This document shows, piece after piece, positions 36,717 to 47,191 of a DNA stretch of 64,000 bases (within the stretch, counting starts at the first letter, position 1; the number at the start of each line of letters is the position of its first letter). Both the position numbers and the translations under genes were made by a program. The notes below the pieces were generated by a model. That model was not told the origin of the DNA and made no database searches. It was given only the letters and a program-made list of their open reading frames with translations. The DNA is from Bacillota bacterium (GTDB taxonomy: Bacteria > Bacillota > Sulfobacillia > JAUYEG01): the NCBI GenBank assembly GCA_030691505.1, contig JAUYEG010000100.1, positions 4,538 through 68,537 on the forward strand, in the 5' to 3' direction.

Positions 36717-37741
36717 CCGTATCCGGCGGCTCTCCGGGCGACGGTGCCGCGGTTGTGCTTACAGTCCCCGTCGCGGCTGAGGGCCAGCGGATCGACGTGT
36801 TTCTTGCCGCTCACCTCGGTCCGGCCTGCGGCGCCAGGGACCTGGTCTCCCGTGCCCGCGCCCAGAAGATGATCCGCGCCGGTCTGGTTCGGGTTGACGG
36901 TCTCGTGGCCGTTCGCCCCTCGCAGCAGGTTCGTGGCGGTCAGGCAGTCGCCGCGGTCATCCCTCCCCCTGAGACCACGGAAGCAGTCGCGGAGCCCATC
37001 GCCCTGGATGTGGTCTACGAGGACACCTATCTGGTGGTGGTGAACAAACCCCGCGGCATGGTCGTCCACCCAGCGGCCGGACACCGCGGCGGTACGCTGG
37101 TCAATGCCCTCCTGGCGCACTGCCCCGAGCTTGCCGGCGACCCTGATCCGATCCGGCCCGGCATCGTTCACCGCCTCGACAAGGACACCACGGGGCTGCT
37201 GGTTGTGGCCAAGGACTCCTTGACGCAGGCCCGTCTTCAGGAGCAGGTCAAAGAGAGGCTGGTGAAGCGCCAGTATCTCGCTTTGGTCCACGGCTCGCCG
37301 GCCGGCGACGAGGGCGAAATCGAAGCAGCCATCGGCCGCAGCACGCGCGATCGGAAGCGCATGGCGGTGGTCGCGCACGGCGGCCGGCCGTCGCTGACCC
37401 GCTGGGCCCGGTTGGGCGGATACGACGGATTTACGCTGCTTGAGGTGAAACCGCACACGGGCCGCACGCACCAGATACGTGTGCACCTCGCTCACATCGG
37501 CCACCCGGTCGCCGGCGACCCGGTCTACGGGCCGCATCGCGCCGCGTCGCGCTGGCCGGCATTGCGTCCCCTGGGGGGGCAGGCGCTCCACGCGTGGAAG
37601 CTCGGTTTTGCCCATCCGCGCACTGGCGAGCAGATCCAGGCCTTCGCTCCGCCACCAGCCGACCTGCTTGAAGTCCTCCGCCGCCTCGGCGGGCCGCCCG
37701 CGGCGCTGGCAATGCCTGACGCAGGGGGCAACACAGCGTAG
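36713..37741 (+). CDS. rluD: RluA/RluD family pseudouridine synthase
   Basis: S4 domain, VVNKPRGMVVHP, GIVHRLDKDTTG, TGRTHQIRVH, QALHA. Confidence 0.93.
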   Translation: MTVSGGSPGDGAAVVLTVPVAAEGQRIDVFLAAHLGPACGARDLVSRARAQKMIRAGLVRVDGLVAVRPSQQVRGGQAVAAVIPPPETTEAVAEPIALDVVYEDTYLVVVNKPRGMVVHPAAGHRGGTLVNALLAHCPELAGDPDPIRPGIVHRLDKDTTGLLVVAKDSLTQARLQEQVKERLVKRQYLALVHGSPAGDEGEIEAAIGRSTRDRKRMAVVAHGGRPSLTRWARLGGYDGFTLLEVKPHTGRTHQIRVHLAHIGHPVAGDPVYGPHRAASRWPALRPLGGQALHAWKLGFAHPRTGEQIQAFAPPPADLLEVLRRLGGPPAALAMPDAGGNTA

Positions 37742-37791
37742 CAGCCCCGTATCCACGGTCTGCGCCGCCCGCCCGCGGCGGGGCAGGGGGT

Positions 37792-37819
37792 GCAGGGAAT
37801 TGCGGTTCCCGAAACGAAT
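37792..37819 (+). promoter_or_regulatory. Putative sigma-H-like promoter
   Basis: GCAGGG-18 bp-GAAT. Confidence 0.35.
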
Positions 37820-37958
37820 CCTGGTCTTACCCGGGCCCATCGCCGTCTTCCCGCGTCACAACGTGCCCTGCAGCAGCCACCGTGCCGTCCGGCCGTCGCG
37901 CCGAGCCCGGCCCGGTCCGGCAAGCCCGGTCACAGTCACGCGAAGGGGGTCGAGCAAC

Positions 37959-39440
37959 TTGCGTATCGCGATCGCTGGCTTTTCCGACGAAACCTGCACG
38001 TTCTGTACCGAACCCACCGGCATAGAGCGCTTCGAGCCTGCTACGCAGCGCGGGCAGGCGATTCTGGACGCCAACCGGGGTATACCGACCTACATCAACG
38101 GGTACATGCGCGTGCTCGAGGCGACCGAGGGCGCCGAAATCGTCCCCCTCGTCTATGCGTCCAAGACGCCGGGCGGCTTTCAGAGCTGGCTGGTCCCGGA
38201 GTGTTTCGACAAGTACGCGAACGAGATCGCGGACCGGCTGAGGGCAGCCGGCAAGTTGGACGGGGTGCTGCTCTCGCTGCACGGGGCGATGGCGGTTTCC
38301 GGCGTTCCCAAGCCCGAGGCGGAGCTCGTCCGCCGCGCCCGGGCAGCGGTCGGCAACATCCCCATCATGGTCACGCTCGACCTGCACGCCAACGAGGACC
38401 ACGAGCTGACCGACGCGGCCGACGCGGTGTTTATCCTCAAGACCTACCCCCATGTGGATTCCCAGGAGATCGGCGAGATCGCGGCGCGCTGCATGGTTGA
38501 AACCGTCCGCGGCTTCTTCCGCCCCGTTCAGGCCACCCGCAAGCCGCCGATAATCTCGGCGAGCATCTACCAGGCCTCCGAGTACCCTCCGATGAAGCTC
38601 GTCTACGACCGCTGCCGCGAGTGGGAGCGTAAGCCCGGCGTCTATTGCGTTTCGGTCGCCCCCGGCTACGCGTACGCGGATGTACCGGATGTGGGTATGT
38701 TCGTCGTCGCCGTGACCAACGGCGACCGCGAACTCGCCGAGGCGGCGGCGCAGGACGTCGCCGACCTGGCCTGGACCCTGCGTGAGCAGTTCGCGGCCCC
38801 GTTGCCCAAGCCCAAGGAAGGCGTGGCGCAGGTACTGGACCTGGTCGCCAGGGGCGAAAAGCCGGTCGTCATCGCCGACGGCGCCGATCGCATCGGCGAC
38901 AGCACGCATGTCTTGAAGGAGCTCTTGGCGCAGGGCGCGCGCAACTGGGCGATCCCGGGCATCGCCGACCCCGCCGCGGCGAAGCGCCTGGAGACCAACA
39001 GCAAGGTGGGCGACAAGGTGACGATCAGCGTCGGCGGCTGGTACAACGCGCTTTCCGGCCAACCGGTGGAGATCACCGGCACCATCGAATACATCGGCCG
39101 GCCGAGCTACGTGCTGGTAGGCCCCATGCGCAAAGGCGCCCGAGTTCAGGACGGATTCGTCGCCCGCCTTAACCTGGGGGACAACCGGCACGTGGTTGTG
39201 GCCGATCGGATGCGCGGCGCAAACGATAGCTCCGGGCTGACGTCGGTGGGGGTGGACATCGGCACGCTGGACATTATCGTGCTCAAGGACCGGGTGCACC
39301 ACCGGGCGTTCTGGGACTCGGTCGCCAAGGTGGATTTCCGCATGGATGCGCCCGGCATCGGGCTGGCGGACATCAGCCTGCTGCAGTACGAAAACATCCC
39401 GGCCGGTATCTACCCGCTGGGACCGCAGTGGCGCAAGTAG
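37959..39440 (+). CDS. M81 family metallopeptidase (MlrC-like)
   Basis: RIAIAGFSDETCTF, LSLHGAM, TLDLHAN, KTYPHVD, YADVPDVG, IADGAD, VLK.RVHHRA. Confidence 0.88.
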   Translation: MRIAIAGFSDETCTFCTEPTGIERFEPATQRGQAILDANRGIPTYINGYMRVLEATEGAEIVPLVYASKTPGGFQSWLVPECFDKYANEIADRLRAAGKLDGVLLSLHGAMAVSGVPKPEAELVRRARAAVGNIPIMVTLDLHANEDHELTDAADAVFILKTYPHVDSQEIGEIAARCMVETVRGFFRPVQATRKPPIISASIYQASEYPPMKLVYDRCREWERKPGVYCVSVAPGYAYADVPDVGMFVVAVTNGDRELAEAAAQDVADLAWTLREQFAAPLPKPKEGVAQVLDLVARGEKPVVIADGADRIGDSTHVLKELLAQGARNWAIPGIADPAAAKRLETNSKVGDKVTISVGGWYNALSGQPVEITGTIEYIGRPSYVLVGPMRKGARVQDGFVARLNLGDNRHVVVADRMRGANDSSGLTSVGVDIGTLDIIVLKDRVHHRAFWDSVAKVDFRMDAPGIGLADISLLQYENIPAGIYPLGPQWRK

Positions 39441-39527
39441 CGCGGCGGCGGGGCTGTGGGCCGGCCGGCCACCGGTCGACTGGGCAACCGGGCGTGGGTC
39501 TTATCTCAGGAACGGGGGTGTACGCAT

Positions 39528-40925
39528 TTGAGCAGCAAATTTGATGTTCTGTTTCGTGGCGCGACGGTTGTTGACCCGGTGCACCGGGTCAACTCGCGGC
39601 TGGACATAGGTGTCCAGAACGGCAAGGTGGTCGAGCTCGGCCCGGCCCTCTCCGGGGCCCAGGCGGACAGCGTAATAGACCTCAGCGGCTACACGGTGAT
39701 GCCGGGGGTGATCGACACTCACACCCATGTACGGGGGCCCGCACAGCGGATGATGGCCCTGGCCGGTGTGTGCACGGCTCTGGATATGGGCGACATGCGC
39801 GGCGTGCTGCAGGAGCTGCCCGAGTGGGGCTGTGGCCTCAACATCGCCGGACTGCAGGGCATCGGGCACTGGCCCAATGAGCCACCCTCCAGGGGTGAGG
39901 TCGCTTCCCTGATCGACGCCGCCATGGCCGACGGGGCGATCGGCATCAAGATCGTCGGCGGGCACCGGCCCAGCACCCCGGAGGCGACGGCGTTGATGAT
40001 CGACCAGGCAAACCTGGCGGGTGTCTATGTCGCGTTCCACGTCGGAACCACGGCGACGGCGAGCAACCTCCCCGGGCTGCTTGAGGCTGTGGAGCTGGCC
40101 GGGGACAACTGCCTGCACATTGCGCACGTCAACAGCTACCTGCGCGGCATGGACCGTGACCCGGTCGATGAAACTCTGGTGGGTCTTGCGGCCATCGGGG
40201 GACGCAACAATCTGGTGTCCGAATCGTACCTCGCGGTCATCAACGGCACCGGTGGACAGATCGGACCGGACGGGCTGCCCACCAGCCACGTCACGCGCAA
40301 CTGCCTTAAGCTGCGGGGCTACTCGCCTGACGAAAAGGGCATGGAGGCCGCCATCCGTGACGGCTACTGCCTGGTGAAGGTCACCGAGGGCGGCGTGACC
40401 GCAATCTATACCGGCGAGCCCGGCGTCGCCCTGTGGCGTTCAATGGGGACCAACGCGCCGGTGAGCTTCCCGGTCAACCAGCCCCAGGCGACGTTCCTGT
40501 GCGCGGTGCGCAAGGACGGCGAGGGCCGCTTCGTGGTCGATGCGATAGCAACCGACGGCGGCTCGACGCCGCGCAACGTGGCCGTCGAGTACGGCCTGTG
40601 CCTGGTACGGTACCAGGCGCTGACGCTCAACGAGTTTGTCCTCAAGACCTCCACGGTGGGCGCCGCGATGCTCGGGCTCAGGAACAAGGGCCACCTCGGC
40701 GCCGGCGCCGATGCGGACCTGACGGTGCTGGATATGGACAAGGGGATAGCCGCCATGACAGTCGTGGGCGGCAAGGTCGTGATGGCCGACGGAATCCTTC
40801 ACGGCAGCGGCGGGACGATCATCACGACCCCTCGCGGCGAGTCCCGCGTACGCGAGATGGGATACCGGTATCAGATCGTGCATCCCGAGGAGATGCTGCT
40901 CTACACGAAGCAGCGGCAGGGCTGA
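39528..40925 (+). CDS. Metal-dependent amidohydrolase (dihydroorotase-like fold, substrate unknown)
   Basis: PGVIDTHTH, GIKIVGGH, AFHVG, HIAHVNSY, ATDGG, KGHLGAGADADLTV. Confidence 0.85.
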   Translation: MSSKFDVLFRGATVVDPVHRVNSRLDIGVQNGKVVELGPALSGAQADSVIDLSGYTVMPGVIDTHTHVRGPAQRMMALAGVCTALDMGDMRGVLQELPEWGCGLNIAGLQGIGHWPNEPPSRGEVASLIDAAMADGAIGIKIVGGHRPSTPEATALMIDQANLAGVYVAFHVGTTATASNLPGLLEAVELAGDNCLHIAHVNSYLRGMDRDPVDETLVGLAAIGGRNNLVSESYLAVINGTGGQIGPDGLPTSHVTRNCLKLRGYSPDEKGMEAAIRDGYCLVKVTEGGVTAIYTGEPGVALWRSMGTNAPVSFPVNQPQATFLCAVRKDGEGRFVVDAIATDGGSTPRNVAVEYGLCLVRYQALTLNEFVLKTSTVGAAMLGLRNKGHLGAGADADLTVLDMDKGIAAMTVVGGKVVMADGILHGSGGTIITTPRGESRVREMGYRYQIVHPEEMLLYTKQRQG

Positions 40926-40953
40926 CAGGCGACCATCGGAGGGCGGAGGGGAC

Positions 40954-41165
40954 TCAGTTCACGTCTCCGAAAGCCTCCAGATCCGTGTCCACGTGGTCGC
41001 GGAGGAGCCGTAGGCAGTTGTCCCGGCAGATCTGTCTCGTCAGCGCCTCATCGGACCCGAAACGCCTGAACGCACAATGGCATCGGCGAAGGAGAAGTCG
41101 GGATAGTCGCTGACCCAACAGAGGCGGTCAGCCAGCCGTTCGAATAGACCTGTTGGAACTGGTGG
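40954..41165 (-). pseudogene. Frameshifted C-terminal fragment resembling an amidohydrolase_2 protein
   Basis: Manual translation: LFERLADRLCWVSDYPDFSFADAI / frameshift / AFRRFGSDEALTRQICRDNCLRLLRDHV...*; resembles DRLLFGSDYP...NAxRLL. Confidence 0.5.
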
Positions 41166-41275
41166 CTATTGCTCCGCGTACGGCGTGGTCGCTCTGATTG
41201 ACGCCAAAGGGCGCACCATTCACACTCACAGGCAACAAAAGCCGGAGTGATTGCCCTCACGCCGGACTGCCCGGC

Positions 41276-41450
41276 CCTGTAACCGTAGCGTAGTACCCAC
41301 CCTCGCTCCCGAGGTGTAACCGTGCTTCCCGCCCCGGACCCCAAGGTGTAACTGTAGTACTCACCACGGCTTAGGGTGTAACCGTAGTACCCACGCCCAA
41401 CCTCAGCATGTAACCGTGCTACTCACCTCCGCCGCAAAGGTGTAACCGTG
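41276..41450. repeat. Array of six ~21-bp repeats (GGTGTAACCGTRSTACYCACC) at ~32-bp period with 9-11-bp variable linkers
   Basis: TGTAAC cores at 41278, 41315, 41347, 41377, 41409, 41441. Confidence 0.9.
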
Positions 41451-41487
41451 GCGGGCGACCTCCGGTGAACTTGCCCGCGGCAGCCCC

Positions 41488-43272
41488 TCACGCCGGCCGC
41501 CCGACCCGCTTGAACTGCACCTCGTACAGCCTGGCGTAGAGCCCTCCCCGGGCCAGCAGCTCCTCGTGCGTGCCCGTGGCGGCCAGCCGCCCCTCGTCGA
41601 GGACGAGAATCAGGTCCGCCCCAATCACGGTCGACAGCCGGTGGGCGATGACGAACGTCGTCCGCCCCACCAACAGGCGGTCGAGCGCCTCGCAGATCAG
41701 CTGCTCGGACTCGGAATCCTGGAACGCGGTCGCCTCGTCCAGCACCAGCAGCGCCGGATTTTTGAGGATCGCCCGGGCGATCGCGATGCGCTGCTTCTGG
41801 CCGCCCGACAGCTTGACCCCACGCTCCCCGATTTCCGTGTCGAAACCTTTGGGCAGCTTGACGATGAACTCCTCGGCGTTGGCCATCCGCGCCGCCTCGG
41901 CGATCTCCTCCGGCGTCGCGTCAAGGCGGCCGTAGCGGATGTTCTCGCTGACAGTGCCGCTGAAAAGCGTCGGCTCCTGCAGCACCATCCCGATCTGGCT
42001 GCGCAGAAACCCGAGATCGAGATGGCCGACGTCCACCCCGTCGAGCAGGATCCGTCCCTCCTGCGGATCATAAAAGCGCGCCAGCAGGTGCACCAGCGTG
42101 GTCTTGCCCGCGCCCGACGGTCCGACCAGAGCCACGCGCCGGCCGGCCGCGGCGGTGAAGCTCACCCCGGATAGGGCCCACCGGTTTGCCGGAGCATAGC
42201 GTAAGCAGACCCCCTCGAACTCGACGCTGCCTTTGGTCGCGGGCAATGTGAGATGGCCGGCGCTGGTTTCGGCGGGCGTGTCCAGCACCTCGAAAATCCG
42301 GTCCAGTCCGGCCAGCCCGGTCTGGAGGATGCCGCCGAACATGACCACCGACCGCATCGGACCGACCATCATCCTCAGGTAGAGCAGCGTCGCGGTCAGC
42401 ACCCCGAGCGACAGACGGCCCTGCAGGATGAGATACCCGCCGCCGGCCAGGACCGCCACCAGGGCCAGGTTGGCGAGAAAGTCAACCTCGCACTCCATCA
42501 CACCCAGGCGCCCCCTCCGGAACAGGTTGAGCCGCCGGTACTCCAGGCTGCGCCCCCGGAGCTTGTCCTCCTCGTGCTTTTCGTTAGTGAACGCCTTTAC
42601 CGCGCGCACCGAGCCCAGCATCTCTGAAGCCGTACCCGAGACCAGCGAAAGGGCTGCCTGGATGCTCCGGCTGATCGCCCTTATCCTGTCGCTCTGCCGG
42701 TAGAAAAGGGCGAAGCTGGCCCCCACCAGCACGGTCATCGCCATGCCGAGCGCCGGGTTCATGGCGATGACGATCGCCGCGATCGCCACAACCTGCAGCG
42801 TCTCACCCAGCAGGCGCGAGGAGACAGTCAGGACTAGGGTTTCGAGCGAGTTGACGTCGCCGATCAGGCGCGACAGGGTCGCCCCGGTCAGGTGCGATTC
42901 GAAGTACGGGAGAGGGAGTCGGAGGATGTGCCGGTACAGAGCCAGGCGAACATCGAGGATCACATTCTGCATGACTATGAACACGGTGTACATGTTGCCG
43001 TAGTACAGCAGGGATTTGAGCCCGAAGAACACCGTCGCCCCGGCGGCGCCCAGCCAGAGTAGCCGGTAGTCGGCCTGCGGCAGGATATGGTCGACCAGAA
43101 TCCGGGTCATCTGCGGCACGCTGATCGCCATCACGCTGTAGGCCAGGTTTAACACCACGGCCGTGGCCACGAGCCGCCTGTGCGGTGCAAGGTAGACAAG
43201 AAAGCGCTTGATCGAAGCCCGGCCGGTGCGTGCCTTGGCGGCGGCGGGCGCGGCTGAAGGGGGTCCTGACAC
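41488..43272 (-). CDS. ABC exporter, fused permease/ATPase (MsbA/Sav1866-like)
   Basis: TM domain; GPSGAGKT, LSGGQKQR, LVLDEAT, IAHRLST. Confidence 0.95.
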   Translation of the reverse strand: MSGPPSAAPAAAKARTGRASIKRFLVYLAPHRRLVATAVVLNLAYSVMAISVPQMTRILVDHILPQADYRLLWLGAAGATVFFGLKSLLYYGNMYTVFIVMQNVILDVRLALYRHILRLPLPYFESHLTGATLSRLIGDVNSLETLVLTVSSRLLGETLQVVAIAAIVIAMNPALGMAMTVLVGASFALFYRQSDRIRAISRSIQAALSLVSGTASEMLGSVRAVKAFTNEKHEEDKLRGRSLEYRRLNLFRRGRLGVMECEVDFLANLALVAVLAGGGYLILQGRLSLGVLTATLLYLRMMVGPMRSVVMFGGILQTGLAGLDRIFEVLDTPAETSAGHLTLPATKGSVEFEGVCLRYAPANRWALSGVSFTAAAGRRVALVGPSGAGKTTLVHLLARFYDPQEGRILLDGVDVGHLDLGFLRSQIGMVLQEPTLFSGTVSENIRYGRLDATPEEIAEAARMANAEEFIVKLPKGFDTEIGERGVKLSGGQKQRIAIARAILKNPALLVLDEATAFQDSESEQLICEALDRLLVGRTTFVIAHRLSTVIGADLILVLDEGRLAATGTHEELLARGGLYARLYEVQFKRVGRPA

Positions 43273-43358
43273 GGCGGTTCCTCCTCGTGTCTCGTTTCCG
43301 ATATGTGCTTACTGCATATAAGAGGCGTATTCCTCTATTGTTGTGCATGTGGCGTGGC

Positions 43359-43388
43359 TTGCATCGTTCCATGCCGGGGTGGTAAACT
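43359..43388 (+). promoter_or_regulatory. Putative sigma-A promoter of pyr operon
   Basis: TTGCAT-18-TAAACT with extended TG. Confidence 0.55.
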
Positions 43389-43412
43389 GAACCCGGCCAA
43401 AACCCCGGGCCA

Positions 43413-43517
43413 GACCTTTAAGCTAGTTCGGCGAGGCTAGCAAGGAGCGATACCGGTGCAGGCATGTTTGCGCAAAGACAGAGACCCCTGTCCATCCCGG
43501 CAGGGGTCTCTTTTGTT
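43413..43517 (+). promoter_or_regulatory. PyrR-binding attenuator leader with terminator
   Basis: ACCTTTAA-GCT-AGTTCGGCGAGGCT-AGC-AAGG binding loop; hairpin AGAGACCCCTG...CAGGGGTCTCT-TTTGTT (43480-43517); directly upstream of pyrR. Confidence 0.9.
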
Positions 43518-43541
43518 GTGCCTGCCGGCCGGACGAGCTAG

Positions 43542-44131
<590 letters not shown>

Positions 44132-44132
<1 letters not shown>

Positions 44133-45058
44133 TGTTGCTCGGGACAAGGGACATCCTTTCGCTGCGCGAGATGAGCCGCGACGATATGGCCCTCATTCTG
44201 GACACCGCCGAGTCGCTGCGCGAAATCATCTACCGGCCGATAAAGAAAGTGCCCACCCTGCGTGGCAAGACGGTCGTGACCTTTTTCCACGAAGCAAGCA
44301 CCCGGACCAGAACCTCGTTCGAGCTGGCGGCCAAGTACATGAGCGCCGATACCGTGAGCCTTTCCGCCAGCACCTCCGCGCTGGTCAAGGGCGAGTCGCT
44401 CAAGGACACCGCGCTGACCCTGGAGGCGATGGGCTCGGATTGCATCATCATGCGCCACGGGGTTTCCGGGTCATGTCACTACCTCGCCAGGATGGTCGAC
44501 GCCCCAGTCATAAACGCCGGCGATGGGATGCATGAACACCCGACGCAGGGGCTTTTGGACATGTTCACCATCCGGCGCCACAAGGGAAGCCTCGAAGGCC
44601 TCAGGGTGGTCCTCGTCGGGGATTCGCTGCACAGCCGGGTGGCCAGGTCCAACATCTGGGGGTTGAGCAAATTCGGCGCCGAGGTGTCGCTGGCAGGCCC
44701 GGCGACGCTTCTGCCCGAGGGCATGGGCGCAATCGGCGTCAAGTCATTTGCCCGGGTCGAGGACGCGCTGCCAGGGGCCGACGTGGTTATGGTCCTGCGC
44801 CTGCAGCGCGAGCGCCAGGGCAAGGGGCTGCTGCCCTCGCTGCGGGAATACGCTCGCCTGTACTGCATCAACGGACGGCGGCTGGCCCTGGCCAAGCCCG
44901 ACGCTCTGCTGATGCATCCGGGGCCGATGAACCGCGGCATTGAGATAGGCACGGACGTCGCCGACGGGCCGCAGTCCCTGATCACCGAACAGGTGACCAA
45001 CGGCGTGGCGGTCCGGATGGCGATACTCTACCTGCTTCTTGGGGGTGCATCGGAATGA
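44132..45058 (+). CDS. pyrB: Aspartate carbamoyltransferase
   Basis: [29 protein letters not shown]. Confidence 0.97.
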
Positions 45059-46362
45059 CGCTGGTGATTAAGGGCGGCAGGCTGCTCTGTCCGGAGCGCG
45101 GGACCGTCGAAGAGGGCGATGTCCTGTGCCGGGACGGGCTGATTGAGGCCGTCGGCCCCGGCGTCGCGGCCGGCGCACCGGCCGGGGCCGAGGTTTTCGA
45201 CGCCCGGGGTCTGTTGGTGGTTCCGGGTCTCATCGACATGCACGTGCACCTGCGCGATCCGGGACTGGAGTACAAGGAAGACATCGTGTCCGGCACCCGG
45301 GCGGCCGCCGCCGGCGGTTTCACCACGGTTGCGTGCATGCCCAACACCAGCCCCGTGGTTGATCACGCCGCGATGGTCAGCTACATCGTCGGCCGGGCGC
45401 GGCAGGTGGGTGTGGTCAATGTCCTGCCCATCGGTGCGGTCACCAAGGGACTCGCCGGCAAGGAACTGGCGGAGATAGGCGACATGAGCCAGGCCGGCAT
45501 CGTCGGGATTTCGGACGACGGACAGCCGGTGTGGAACGGCGAGCTCATGCGGACGGCGCTCCAGTATTCGTCCATGTACGGGATCCCGGTGATCGCCCAC
45601 AGCGAAGACCGCCACCTGGCCGAGGAAGGGCAGATGCACTACGGCGCCTGGTCTGCGGTGCTCGGCCTGCGCGGTATCCCGGCCGTCGCCGAGGCGGCGA
45701 TGATCGCCCGGGACTGCATGCTTGTCGAGCTGACGGGCGGCCGCCTCCACGTGGCCCACGTCAGCACCGAGCTGTCCCTGTCGGTCATCGCCTGGGCCCG
45801 GGCCCGCGGCATCGCTGTGACCTGCGAGGTGACGCCGCATCACCTTACCCTCACCGACGAGGAGGTCGCCCGGACCGGGTATGACACCAGCACAAAGGTC
45901 AACCCCCCGCTGCGTGGGCCCGCCGATGTCGAGGCTATGCGTAAAGGCCTGCGCGAGGGCTTCATCGAGGCAATTGGGAGCGATCACGCGCCTCACTCCA
46001 GGGATGACAAGGATGTCGAGTACAACTTCGCGGCCAACGGGGTTATCGGCCTGGAGACGACGGTGCCGGTGCTGCTTACGGAGATCGTCGGGAAAGGCCA
46101 TGCCGACCTCGTGACCGTCGTGCGGGCGATGACGCTTGGTCCGGCCCGCATCCTGGGCCTGGAACGCAAGGGCCGCCTGGCGGCAGGCATGGATGCCGAC
46201 CTGGCGATCCTTGACCTCGACCACCCCTGGAGGATTGACCCGGCAGCGTTCAAGTCCAAGAGCCGCAATACTCCGTTTGCGGGATGGGAGGTGCGCGGCC
46301 TGGCCGCGGCGACAGTCGTCGCCGGCCGGGTCGTCTGGCGCGATGGACAGATCTGCGTCTAG
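45055..46362 (+). CDS. pyrC: Dihydroorotase
   Basis: [27 protein letters not shown]. Confidence 0.96.
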   Translation: MTLVIKGGRLLCPERGTVEEGDVLCRDGLIEAVGPGVAAGAPAGAEVFDARGLLVVPGLIDMHVHLRDPGLEYKEDIVSGTRAAAAGGFTTVACMPNTSPVVDHAAMVSYIVGRARQVGVVNVLPIGAVTKGLAGKELAEIGDMSQAGIVGISDDGQPVWNGELMRTALQYSSMYGIPVIAHSEDRHLAEEGQMHYGAWSAVLGLRGIPAVAEAAMIARDCMLVELTGGRLHVAHVSTELSLSVIAWARARGIAVTCEVTPHHLTLTDEEVARTGYDTSTKVNPPLRGPADVEAMRKGLREGFIEAIGSDHAPHSRDDKDVEYNFAANGVIGLETTVPVLLTEIVGKGHADLVTVVRAMTLGPARILGLERKGRLAAGMDADLAILDLDHPWRIDPAAFKSKSRNTPFAGWEVRGLAAATVVAGRVVWRDGQICV

Positions 46363-46381
46363 TCACGAGCCGGGAGATGGG

Positions 46382-47191
46382 ATGCCGTCCATCGCCTGTG
46401 AGGTAACCGCCCGCCGGGAGCTCGCCCCGGAAATCGTGCTGGTCAGTGTACATGCTCCGGCGGTGGCCAGGGCCGCTGAACCCGGGCAGTTCGTGTTCAT
46501 CCGCGTCGGGCCGGGGGACGCGGCGGACCCGTTCCTCAGGCGTCCCATGAGCCTTGCGGGGATCGATGCGTCCGCCGGGCAAATAGACCTGGTCATCCGG
46601 GCCATGGGGCGGGGCACCCGGGCCCTGGCCGGCACCGAGCCGGGCCGTACATGGGATGTCATCGGCCCGCTGGGCCGGGGGTACCCCCGGCCGGCCCAGG
46701 GCAAATCGCTCCTTGTGGGCGGCGGCACGGGCGCTGCCTCGCTGATGCCGCTGGCGCAGTCGATAGTGGGGGGCTCCGGTCCGCAGACCGCTCAGACGCG
46801 GATGCTGATGCTGCTCGGGGCGCGCAGTTCGCCTGAGCTCTGGGCCCCGGGGCTCGCTCGCGAACGGGGCCTGCCGGCCCTGTTCGCCACCGACGACGGT
46901 ACCGCCGGCCATCCTGGACTGGTTACCGACCTGCTGCGGGCCGAGGTCCGCAGCGGACAGATCGGGACGGTCTACGCATGCGGGCCGGTCCCCATGCTGC
47001 GGGCGGTTCAGGAGATCGCGGTGGGGGCGGGTGTGCCCTGTTACATCTCCCTGGAGCAGCGCATGGCGTGTGGCGTCGGAGCGTGCCGGGGCTGCTCATG
47101 GCCGCGTTCCGGCGGCAGCGGCAGCGGGCGCGGCTACGTCCGCGTATGCCGCGACGGCCCGGTGTTTTCCGCCAAGGAGGTCCTCCTATGA
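46382..47191 (+). CDS. pyrK: Dihydroorotate dehydrogenase electron transfer subunit
   Basis: LRRPMS, GPLGRG, ACGP, MACGVGACRGC, VCRDGPVF. Confidence 0.93.
   Translation: MPSIACEVTARRELAPEIVLVSVHAPAVARAAEPGQFVFIRVGPGDAADPFLRRPMSLAGIDASAGQIDLVIRAMGRGTRALAGTEPGRTWDVIGPLGRGYPRPAQGKSLLVGGGTGAASLMPLAQSIVGGSGPQTAQTRMLMLLGARSSPELWAPGLARERGLPALFATDDGTAGHPGLVTDLLRAEVRSGQIGTVYACGPVPMLRAVQEIAVGAGVPCYISLEQRMACGVGACRGCSWPRSGGSGSGRGYVRVCRDGPVFSAKEVLL

Noticed and set aside
39528-40925. Second dihydroorotase (pyrC)
   Set aside because: Lacks the HxHLR, NPPLR and DHAPH substrate motifs; the true pyrC is at 45055
41048-41344. 98-aa minus-strand ORF overlapping the repeats
   Set aside because: Starts inside the array, has no RBS or recognisable motif, and the repeat period is mostly not a multiple of 3
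41276-41450. Calling the repeat array a CRISPR or TIGR array
   Set aside because: Linkers are only 9-11 bp and partly similar to each other, repeats are degenerate, there is no two-repeat/two-spacer unit, and no cas or Tas-like gene is in the window
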